Below are positions 1-7,880 of a stretch of DNA of 64,000 bases, in pieces; positions within the stretch are counted from its first letter, which is position 1, and each line of letters begins with the position of its first letter. The notes beneath the pieces are model-generated. The model worked only from the letters and a program-made list of their open reading frames with translations, made no database searches and was not told the origin of the DNA. The position numbers and the translations under genes were made by a program. The stretch comes from a virus (taxonomy: Duplodnaviria; Heunggongvirae; Uroviricota; Caudoviricetes), in the IMG/VR virus record IMGVR_UViG_3300013104_000019, positions 87,474 through 151,473 of that record; one strand, 5' to 3'.

Positions 1-153
1 CCGATCATCTCGTACACCGACAGGCCGCTCGCATTCTTGTAGACCGGCGTCTCGTTGTACTTGAAATCGACACCATTCTTCCAGTTCTCGGGAATCGGTG
101 CGTACCACGGATTCATGTTGAATTTGATCTCTGCCATTTCTTCTTCCCCAGAA

Positions 154-1716
154 TTATGCTGCTTGGGCCATCATGTCAGCAGGTACGCCATCCCAGAACG
201 GGAACTCCTCACCCGAACCGATCGGACCACCCCCCACTTTCTTAAGCGAACTGTCCGGGCCATCAATGTCCGGACGCAAGCCGCCGATCTTGTGCAATTC
301 CAGCACGAGGTACTTGTCCACTTCATCGAGCACCGGCATACCGCGATGCTTACCGCGCATAATCGTCAGATACGAACGATTATTCATCTTCTCGATGTGG
401 ATGTAGAGTTCTCCATCCACTTCCTGAGACAGCCGTCGACAACCATCCCAGTAGTTCTTCTCCGAGATGTCCCGCACGAAGTCGGTACTGCCTTGCCGGA
501 TCAGGTTCATCGCGTCTTGCGAGAGCTGGTGCGGTGTAATCAGCAGAATCTTCTTCGGTGTGCAGAAGTTCTTCATGCGACGGAACAAGTCCCGAATGTC
601 GTCACCTTGCGCACCTTGCGTGAGACCCTTCTTGTTGATGAGCGACAAGTAGTCGAGGAAGAGGCAGTGAATCTCGTAGCCTTCTGCTTCAAACTCCATC
701 ACCTTGTTGATGATGTTCTGGTAGCTCCACTGCGTTGGGTCGACGTACATCACGCGCAGCGTGTAGCCGGTAGCTTGCAGGCGTGTCGTCACGTAACGAG
801 CGATGTCTTCGCTCGTCATCGACTTCATGTGTTCCTTGGTGCACTTCTTCCCGGTTTCATTCTCGTAGAGATGCTCGTAGATGAAGCGCATATTCTGCTC
901 GGCCGTATCTTCGAACGTGATACGCAGAATCATCGGCCGTTTGGTCGGGTCAGTCAGAATGGGCGTGTTGTACAACGGGATCGTGTCGAAGATCGACAGA
1001 TTCATGCCAGTCTTGTACTTGTGCTGGAGCGCACCGATCACCCACTCTTCACCGCGTCGGAAGCCGCCTTGCAGCATCCGGTTCAATCCTTGGTATCCGG
1101 TGCGCATCACACCGACACCCAAGTCCATTTCTTTGACGTTCTCGAACGCCTTAGCCACCGAGTCGAGGTTAGCGAAGTCCACATCCGACACGATCGCGGG
1201 ATCGCGCAAAATATGATCGATTTGAAACGGGTCCAGCTTCGCCATTGCGTCGGCGACAAACTGACGAAGATCAGCAATGGAGTCTCGCCGGAACGTGAAG
1301 GTCGACGAAATGTCCTTGATGATCGCCGCGAGTTCCGACTCGCGGAAGTGATCGTGGATGGTTTTCTTTTTTGCCGCAATGAGCTTCTTGAGCTTGGATT
1401 GCGGTACTTCTTGCGAAATTGCTTTCTCGAACGCACCGAAGAGTTCGGTGTCGTCTTGCGTATCGACCTTGAGTCGAACCAGCAGATCTTCCGGCATGTA
1501 TTCGTGATCGACAGCTTGATCACACATCCAGACTGCTGTGTTTTTAAGTGCTTGAAGGATTTCTCGACTGTGGTCCAGACCAATCGAGACTTCGGGAAGT
1601 TTCGCTTCGAGAATGATCCGGCGAACCAGGCCAGACGAATTCTCAGTCTTCGTCTCAAGCTGGCTCTCCAGATACAGGAGCGTAATCCCGGTGGTCAACA
1701 GCAGCTTATGGTCCAT
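154..1716 (-). CDS. dnaB: DnaB-like replicative helicase (phiKZ gp118-like)
   Basis: 520 aa. C-terminal RecA-fold: MLQGGFRRGEEWVIGALQHKYKT (Walker A variant), LFLDYLSLI (Walker B), LLITPHQLS, IMRGKHRG (Arg finger). Lies next to the capsid gene as in phiKZ-like phages. Confidence 0.9.
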   Translation of the reverse strand: MDHKLLLTTGITLLYLESQLETKTENSSGLVRRIILEAKLPEVSIGLDHSREILQALKNTAVWMCDQAVDHEYMPEDLLVRLKVDTQDDTELFGAFEKAISQEVPQSKLKKLIAAKKKTIHDHFRESELAAIIKDISSTFTFRRDSIADLRQFVADAMAKLDPFQIDHILRDPAIVSDVDFANLDSVAKAFENVKEMDLGVGVMRTGYQGLNRMLQGGFRRGEEWVIGALQHKYKTGMNLSIFDTIPLYNTPILTDPTKRPMILRITFEDTAEQNMRFIYEHLYENETGKKCTKEHMKSMTSEDIARYVTTRLQATGYTLRVMYVDPTQWSYQNIINKVMEFEAEGYEIHCLFLDYLSLINKKGLTQGAQGDDIRDLFRRMKNFCTPKKILLITPHQLSQDAMNLIRQGSTDFVRDISEKNYWDGCRRLSQEVDGELYIHIEKMNNRSYLTIMRGKHRGMPVLDEVDKYLVLELHKIGGLRPDIDGPDSSLKKVGGGPIGSGEEFPFWDGVPADMMAQAA

Positions 1717-1730
1717 TGTTGGTGCATTTC

Positions 1731-1734
1731 TATG
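1731..1734 (+). promoter_or_regulatory. candidate late promoter (TATG)
   Basis: TATG about 100 nt upstream of the 1834 gene. TATG overlapping the start site is the known phiKZ late-promoter consensus, but a 4-mer is weak evidence. Confidence 0.35.
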
Positions 1735-1833
1735 AGTAACAAATTCGGTTACGGGATTCTCTTACATAGAGATCACGACCGTGCTTATTTTTAGTAGACG
1801 GAACTTTCCTTAAAGAACACTCAGGAGTGTCTT

Positions 1834-2403
1834 GTGAACCAAGCCAAGAAAGTCGTCCTGATCCCTCACTGGATTCATGAGACACTGAACCGACATCAGT
1901 TGCCCATCAGTGAGGCGCTCAATTTCAACGCCTTGCGGCGGATTGTGTCGGCCAATGACATGGCGGGGTACATTCTTCTGAACCGTCATGCACACCATGT
2001 TGGTGTGGTGGATCCCAAAGTTCAGGACCTCGTGGACCTGCCCTCGGTTCTGTACAAGACGGTCATGGCAGAGCACATGTCCTACTTGTATGAAGTGGTG
2101 TGTCCCCTTTCGGACATGCCGCAGATGAAAGAAGATCTTCAAGATCGTCTTTTCTCCCCGGACTCGCGTACGCCTCAGTACGAAGATCCGTTCAATATCT
2201 ATGACGTATCCCCGGAGTTTGTGGGCGTCGTGATCAATCCCGGTTTCTTCACAGGGGAAGCAGGGAGCGACCAGCATGTCTTCGATTTGCTGGAAGCTGT
2301 TGTAAAAGCATTGTATGTGTACGCACCTTTGCACGAAGTTGCGAGCACGCCTGTGTTTCTTCGATATCTCGGCCTGTTGTCCAAGAAACGGATTATGGTC
2401 TGA
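1834..2403 (+). CDS. conserved hypothetical protein (phiKZ gp119-like position)
   Basis: 189 aa, GTG start with AGGAG RBS, between helicase and capsid genes. Confidence 0.75.
   Translation: MNQAKKVVLIPHWIHETLNRHQLPISEALNFNALRRIVSANDMAGYILLNRHAHHVGVVDPKVQDLVDLPSVLYKTVMAEHMSYLYEVVCPLSDMPQMKEDLQDRLFSPDSRTPQYEDPFNIYDVSPEFVGVVINPGFFTGEAGSDQHVFDLLEAVVKALYVYAPLHEVASTPVFLRYLGLLSKKRIMV
2394..2397 (+). promoter_or_regulatory. candidate late promoter for the major capsid gene (TATG)
   Basis: GATTATGG about 57 nt upstream of the MCP ATG, followed by an AGAGG RBS. Confidence 0.35.
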
Positions 2404-2453
2404 GGATCACATCCCCAGAAGCATTTTCTTCAAAAACGCACTAAGAGGTAATA

Positions 2454-4676
2454 ATGTCATCTCTGACTCTTTTCCGCAACAAGGCCCCGAAGACGCAAGC
2501 GGCTCTGACGGCGCTCGACACGTTCGTCTCCAGTCTGAAGACCGAGATCGACGGCGCTGGTGGCCGTTTCAAGAACGCTGAAGTTGGCCGCGCTGCCGTG
2601 TCGATGGAATCGTTCAACGATGTGGTCGCAGGCGAGATCAACGACGTCGTCGAAGGTCTGGAAATGTCGCTGGAAAGCATCCTCGGCTCGATGGACATGC
2701 ACCGTCAGTCGAAGGAACATCCGGACGGCATCAACTCGGTCCAGTTCGAAGCCGCTGTCGCCGCCGGTATCATGGCGTCGAACGTCGAAGCCTCGCTCAG
2801 CACCTCGTACTCGGCCGAATCGCTGCGCGTGCAGCCGGACAGCGCGTACCGTACGACGAAGATCATGAACGTCCACGTCTCGGACGGCGTCGAGAAGCGC
2901 CTGGCGCTCGAAGCGTACGACGAGAAGGACAACAAGAACGCGATGGTCTATTCCGTCGCGTACAACATGCAAGCGGCCAAGCAGGACGCGTTCGCTGAAA
3001 TGTTCTTCCCGACGATCATCGTCACGCCCGACCAGGTCGGCTTCACGATGTCGATCCGCCTGATCAACGTCTACAACGAAGTCCGTCGCGACATCAGCGG
3101 CAAGAAGTCCGACAACTTCGGCAAGCGCAACATCGTCCAGGCCGTGATCGACCCGACGATCCTGCGCAACGACACGACCCGCATCTACCCGGTCGTGCGT
3201 CCGGATTCGCAGGACAAGTTCGTCGCTTCGGCGCTGGTCGCACCGCGCAACATCACGCTGGACGACGGCCAAGTCGTGACGACCGCTCCGCTGGCGATGC
3301 AAACGGACCTGTCGCTGCTCGGCCTGTCGCAAACCGACGCGCTGCTCCAGACCGGCATCCTGGACTCGACCGACGCAATCGACACGGCCATCGGCCTCGA
3401 CAACCTGTACCTGCAAGTCGGCACGGGCTCGTCGGCCGAAGTGTTCAAGTTCGCAACGCGCCGTCTGCCGCTGGCGACGTTCAACTACGCACCGCAAGGC
3501 AACTACCGCACGATGCTGCTGAACTTCAGCACGCAATCGCTGAAGCTCGATGGCAACTCGACGAAGGTCGACGGTTCGACCTCGACGGCGCTGGCCATCC
3601 TGAAGACCGGCAACTACACGGTCCGCCTCGGCACGTACGTGTCGGGTCAGGTGAACTGCGAACTCGGCGACACGAACCTGATGGCCTCGAAGGTCGCAGT
3701 GGTGTCGGTGCGCAACGCCGACGGCGAAGCACTCGATCTGACGACCGGCGACGGCAAGACGATCTCGGATCTGTTCGCAACCGCATCGTTCATCGGTTAC
3801 GATCTGGAAGCACGCCGCACGAACAGCAACCGTCGCGAACGCGGCCAGCTGCTCGACACGACGTTCTACAACCAGGTCTACGCCGTGCCGCTGCGTGCGC
3901 CGATCACGATCCCGCGTCCGCTGACGATCGGTGACGCGAACGATTCGAGCGACCTGGCTGCGCTGATCACCGCGACGCACGTCCGTACGACGAACGCCGC
4001 GATCGACACGCTGCTCGAAGCCGCGAACGTGCTGGAAGCTTACGGCAACAACCTCGACCCGCTGGGTACGGTGCCGGACATCCTCGGCGTGACGCGCTTC
4101 CTCGTGAAGCCGTTCTTCGAGCGCACCACGATCGACGTGGCGGCTGTGATGAACAACCTCAAGTCCTCGGATCGCCCGATGGACCTGAGCGCGGTCATCG
4201 TGAACTACATCCGCGACGTGGTGTACCGCATGTACACGGCATCGGGCTACAAGGCTGCTGCCGACGCGCTGGCTGGTGGCATCGGGCCGGTTCCGACCGT
4301 CATCATCGGCACGGACCCGACGATCGCTCGCTACATCAACGTGACGGGCGACCTGCGTACGCTGGGCGGTTCGTTCAACGTGCGTGTCGAGTCGACGCTG
4401 AACACGAACATGGCAGGCAAGATCGTCATCTCGTTCGGCGAGTTCGGTACGGGCAAGGAAGGTGTGCCCAACCCGATGCACTTCGGCAACATGGCATGGA
4501 AGCCGGAACTCACGCTCGTGCTGCCGCTGCACCGCAACGGCGCGAACAGCAAGGAACTCACGGTTCAGCCGTCGTTCCTGCACGTCGTGAACCTGCCGGT
4601 CATGGCGATGTTCGACGTGGTCAACCTGTCGGCTGCTGCAACCGACAAGATCGCTGTGGATTTCCACACGGTCTGA
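2454..4676 (+). CDS. major capsid protein precursor (phiKZ gp120-like)
   Basis: 740 aa with very strong C/G-ending codon bias. Family-like segments include LEAYDEKDNKNAMVYSVAYN, QDAFAEMFFPTIIVTPDQ, RTNSNRRERGQLLD and QPSFLHVVNLPV. Confidence 0.92.
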   Translation: MSSLTLFRNKAPKTQAALTALDTFVSSLKTEIDGAGGRFKNAEVGRAAVSMESFNDVVAGEINDVVEGLEMSLESILGSMDMHRQSKEHPDGINSVQFEAAVAAGIMASNVEASLSTSYSAESLRVQPDSAYRTTKIMNVHVSDGVEKRLALEAYDEKDNKNAMVYSVAYNMQAAKQDAFAEMFFPTIIVTPDQVGFTMSIRLINVYNEVRRDISGKKSDNFGKRNIVQAVIDPTILRNDTTRIYPVVRPDSQDKFVASALVAPRNITLDDGQVVTTAPLAMQTDLSLLGLSQTDALLQTGILDSTDAIDTAIGLDNLYLQVGTGSSAEVFKFATRRLPLATFNYAPQGNYRTMLLNFSTQSLKLDGNSTKVDGSTSTALAILKTGNYTVRLGTYVSGQVNCELGDTNLMASKVAVVSVRNADGEALDLTTGDGKTISDLFATASFIGYDLEARRTNSNRRERGQLLDTTFYNQVYAVPLRAPITIPRPLTIGDANDSSDLAALITATHVRTTNAAIDTLLEAANVLEAYGNNLDPLGTVPDILGVTRFLVKPFFERTTIDVAAVMNNLKSSDRPMDLSAVIVNYIRDVVYRMYTASGYKAAADALAGGIGPVPTVIIGTDPTIARYINVTGDLRTLGGSFNVRVESTLNTNMAGKIVISFGEFGTGKEGVPNPMHFGNMAWKPELTLVLPLHRNGANSKELTVQPSFLHVVNLPVMAMFDVVNLSAAATDKIAVDFHTV

Positions 4677-4678
4677 AC

Positions 4679-4800
4679 GCAGGGCATGGTGAGCGTGCAT
4701 GACCTCAGCGGCTTTCGGCCGTACTCGGGGTAGTTGATCGGGGAATGAGGTCGTCTGGGTAGGAAACTGCCCAGCCACGTTCACCCGAGCCATGCAGTGC
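4679..4800 (+). ncRNA. candidate structured RNA element in the MCP 3' region
   Basis: Hand-folded nested stems: 4684-4689/4790-4795, 4690-4697/4776-4783, 4699-4707/4746-4754, hairpin 4708-4722, and GAAA-tetraloop hairpin 4755-4774. Also complementarity 4724-4729/4784-4789. Confidence 0.55.
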
Positions 4801-4879
4801 CGATCCTGGATTCTTACGAATTCCCTGTAGTTCTGTTGTAAATGCAATTCGCGTTGCATCGTAGTCCACTTGTAGTACC

Positions 4880-4915
4880 GCCCCTTTCCGGGAAACCGGA
4901 AAGGGGCTTTATGCC
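4880..4915 (+). terminator. GC-rich hairpin terminator after MCP, followed by TATGCC
   Basis: GCCCCTTTCCGG-GAAA-CCGGAAAGGGGC perfect 12-bp stem, then TTTATGCC. Confidence 0.8.
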
Positions 4916-4933
4916 CTTACCCCGATCGAAAAC

Positions 4934-4956
4934 AAAAATAAACATATATCATCTCC
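4934..4956 (+). promoter_or_regulatory. candidate phage promoter motif AAAAATA..ACATAT(AT)CATCT
   Basis: AT-rich motif upstream of the 5011 gene, with a similar copy at 43587-43609. Confidence 0.4.
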
Positions 4957-5010
4957 TTGGCAGTATTCGTAGTGTCGTTTCTAAGAAGGTGATTAGCAAG
5001 AGAGTGGTCT

Positions 5011-6162
5011 ATGACTTCTTCCGCTCAGATCGAGGTGCCGTCTGTCTGGGGTGAGCCCAACATCAGTACAGATGGCGTGTTGAAAACCGCCAAGCACAAG
5101 AAGTATTTTGAGGTGAGGACAGCACCACTGAACTTCACCTCCCAAGATCTGACCATAGGCTATCGGAATGGGCTAAAGATTAACTTACCGAAGCAGTGGG
5201 ATCCGGATCACCAATCGCAGCTCGTCGTCAGAACTGAGTTGATCATCTCCAACTTAGTAGAAATTAACCTGAACCATCTATTAAGTGTGGTGGACGAGCA
5301 ATGTTCATCGGAGATGAAGCTGATCAAAGCCAAGATCCAGCTTCCAGACTCCAGCAACCCGTATCGGAGGGAATTCGAAAGTACGATTATTACCTTGGAC
5401 TACTCGATCTCGATTCCAGAGCTGAAGAGCTTTGGCGGGAGCGTGTACTTCCACGATCTGGATCTGATGATCAGTCAGTTACCGGTGGAGGAAGCACCGG
5501 ATCATCCGTATTCAGAACGCGGCATGGCAAGGCAGCAGTGCATCGATGTGAACCGACATCATAACCGCTTTGGCTTCTCGATTGAGATCGTGGACAATCA
5601 GGGCGTAATTGGGGAACGGTACATCAATGTCGGTGGACAGGTTTCACGGATTCCAGCAACCGTCAACTTCAAGAAGATGGACGGCATCTACATCAGCTGG
5701 AATCAATCAGTCAAGGGCAGGCTGGATAAGCCCGATACTCAGGTGCGTTGCTTTGAGCCGGCAATTGCCGACGCAGAGTTCAGGCTCTTTAAAACCTATG
5801 GCGAAGCACTAAGCTATGGGAATGGCGATGAAGCCAGGAAGAAAGAGCTTGCAGACATCGAGTTTCAGACTGCAAGTATCAAGGCAAGAGCAGCGGCTGA
5901 GAAAGCCGAGCTAGATCGGAAGAATCAACAATTGGATTTCGACCTGAAGCAACTTCAGCATCAGTTCGATATGTTGAAGGCAGAGCGGGATGAAATCCTC
6001 AGTCAACAATCTCATCGCATGGAGATCGAGAAACAGAAGATACGAGACTATTACGAAAGTAGGTCCTACGATCGCAAGGACAGCAGTGAAGTAGTAAAGT
6101 TCCTTCCCGCCATCATCACTGGCGTCGGAGCAATTATACTGGCGATCAAAGCGTTTTTCTGA
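5011..6162 (+). CDS. conserved hypothetical protein with C-terminal coiled coil and hydrophobic tail
   Basis: 383 aa. Heptad-rich region from ARKKELADIEF to IRDYYE, and terminal FLPAIITGVGAIILAIKAFF. Confidence 0.8.
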   Translation: MTSSAQIEVPSVWGEPNISTDGVLKTAKHKKYFEVRTAPLNFTSQDLTIGYRNGLKINLPKQWDPDHQSQLVVRTELIISNLVEINLNHLLSVVDEQCSSEMKLIKAKIQLPDSSNPYRREFESTIITLDYSISIPELKSFGGSVYFHDLDLMISQLPVEEAPDHPYSERGMARQQCIDVNRHHNRFGFSIEIVDNQGVIGERYINVGGQVSRIPATVNFKKMDGIYISWNQSVKGRLDKPDTQVRCFEPAIADAEFRLFKTYGEALSYGNGDEARKKELADIEFQTASIKARAAAEKAELDRKNQQLDFDLKQLQHQFDMLKAERDEILSQQSHRMEIEKQKIRDYYESRSYDRKDSSEVVKFLPAIITGVGAIILAIKAFF

Positions 6163-6267
6163 TAACTGGCCGGAACCAACATTCGAAGGGTTGCGTCCAA
6201 ATCACTCAATGGAGAGTTTAAAATCGATCCCTCGCTGGCAGCATTAACCGATGCCGACACTCCACCC

Positions 6268-7839
6268 ATGAACGAACTCGTCGCGAACGGAATTGCAGTG
6301 GTTCACATGCAAGCCGCCGAGAAATATATCGACGATGTCTGGTGTTCCGTCGCACGAGAGTTTCCTCCCGAGTTCAAGTATCTTGGTTGTGAGCGCGCTC
6401 ACTATCGGGAGGAGTATTCGGAGACCATCCGCAAGCGCACCGTACGAGCGACGTATGACGTGGCGCGCTCGGACTTTTACATGATGAAGTTCTATTTCAG
6501 CTTCAAGGGGGAAAGGCTGAAACCGAAGTACATCTATCTGCCGTACGTGTCGGAGAACTGCACGATCCACATCAGCAACGGTCGCTGGTTGGTGAGTCCG
6601 GTGTTGGCTGACCGTGTGATTTCGATCGGCCTGAACTACGTCTTCGTGCGGCTGTTGCGCGACCGGATGACGTTCGAGAAGCTCAATCACCATTTCAAGG
6701 TGAACGATCAACGCGAAACGGTGTCGATCGTGTGGTCCAACGTGTACCACAAGAACGAGCAGCACAAAAAGCTGAAGAACCCGCTGAAGATGAAGTCTAC
6801 TTTGGCGCATTATCTCTTCTGCAAGTATGGCTATACGCAAGCCATGGAGATGTTTGCTCATACGCGACCGGTTGTGGGCGACCACAATACGATCACGCCG
6901 CACGAGTATCCGCCTGACCAGTGGGTAATCTGCAAGAGCAATCAGACCCGTCCGAAAGGCGTCGGGTTTGGTCCATGGATTCCGTCGAATCTTCGCGTCG
7001 CGATTCGTCGCGAGGACTTCGATCGCAGCCCGATGGCGAAGAACTTGACTGCGGGTCTGTTCTACGTCGTGGACTATTTCCCGGATCAGTTCGAGGATCC
7101 GCGATACGTCGACGACGCACGCTGGATGATGATCCTGATGGGTCAGATCATCTGGGCTCCGTCGATTCCGTATGGACGACTGGCAAACGACTGCGCGGCG
7201 CACATCGCGTCGCTGGACGACTATATCGACAGCATCATGATCGATAAGTTCAAGGAGATCGAGAAGCCCATCACCGATCTCTATCAGTTGTTCGCTATGC
7301 TGATCGAGAACTTCGATCAGTGGTTGTTTGATGGGGCGGATAAGGTCAACAGCATGTATGACAAAGAACTGAACGTGATCGGCTTCTTGCTGGAAACGTT
7401 GACGTTCTTGATCGTGCGGCTGAATTTCCGTCTGAAAGCAGCAGCAAAGAAAGAACTCAAGCTGCGGGACGTGGAGAACGCATTGCAGGCAGTCAAGCAA
7501 GGCGCGCTCTTTAGTCTGACCAAGACGTCCGGCTGTTTGTCGACCACGAGTAGTCCGGGTGACAACAAAGCGTTTAAGCTCACCACGATTCTGATTCCGC
7601 AGACAGCATCACAGAAGGGAGTGGGCGGTAAGGATCGCGGAGCCATCAATGATGCGACGAAACGGCTGCATGTTTCGGTAGCTGAAGCGGGGGGCTATTC
7701 GAACATGCCGAAGTCGGAACCGAGTGGGCGTGCAAGGCTGAATCCGCACGTCAGGTTATCCGACAAGGGACTGGTGCTCAGGCACGAGGACCTGCGCGAA
7801 ATGCTCGATCGCACTCAGGCCGAGATTAAACGCTCGTAA
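6268..7839 (+). CDS. rpoB: non-virion RNA polymerase beta subunit, N-terminal part (phiKZ gp123-like)
   Basis: 523 aa with YLPYV..ISNGRWLVSPVLADRVIS and LHVSVAEAGGYSNMPKSEPSGRARLNP segments. Synteny just downstream of MCP fits. Confidence 0.8.
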   Translation: MNELVANGIAVVHMQAAEKYIDDVWCSVAREFPPEFKYLGCERAHYREEYSETIRKRTVRATYDVARSDFYMMKFYFSFKGERLKPKYIYLPYVSENCTIHISNGRWLVSPVLADRVISIGLNYVFVRLLRDRMTFEKLNHHFKVNDQRETVSIVWSNVYHKNEQHKKLKNPLKMKSTLAHYLFCKYGYTQAMEMFAHTRPVVGDHNTITPHEYPPDQWVICKSNQTRPKGVGFGPWIPSNLRVAIRREDFDRSPMAKNLTAGLFYVVDYFPDQFEDPRYVDDARWMMILMGQIIWAPSIPYGRLANDCAAHIASLDDYIDSIMIDKFKEIEKPITDLYQLFAMLIENFDQWLFDGADKVNSMYDKELNVIGFLLETLTFLIVRLNFRLKAAAKKELKLRDVENALQAVKQGALFSLTKTSGCLSTTSSPGDNKAFKLTTILIPQTASQKGVGGKDRGAINDATKRLHVSVAEAGGYSNMPKSEPSGRARLNPHVRLSDKGLVLRHEDLREMLDRTQAEIKRS

Positions 7840-7880
7840 AGAAACCAAGCAAGCAATAAAGTTTAAGAAAGGAACCGAAG

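Noticed and set aside
55-1794. 579-aa antisense ORF over the helicase, and similar shadows at 6244-7500, 11297-13474, 20659-21528, 22219-23556, 30322-31689, 54607-55650, 60589-61584 and 62535-63968
   Set aside because: Same codon-bias shadow effect. The opposite strand carries the recognisable protein in each case.
4674-4733. Stop-codon readthrough, SECIS-like recoding or -1 frameshift of MCP driven by the downstream structure
   Set aside because: Readthrough adds only 18 residues before TAG at 4731, the -1 frame closes at 4702, and no slippery heptamer is present.
4679-4800. Assignment of the RNA fold to hammerhead, SRP or tRNA
   Set aside because: There is no CUGANGA core, no SRP helix-8 internal loop and no cloverleaf with T-loop. 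It is left unassigned.
2457-4859. 800-aa antisense ORF over the capsid gene
   Set aside because: It is in codon register with a heavily biased real gene, which suppresses antisense stops. The product is an Arg/Val/His-rich shadow with no RBS or motif.
4842-5054. 70-aa ORF spanning the MCP terminator
   Set aside because: It runs through hairpins and a promoter-like AT tract and overlaps the next gene.
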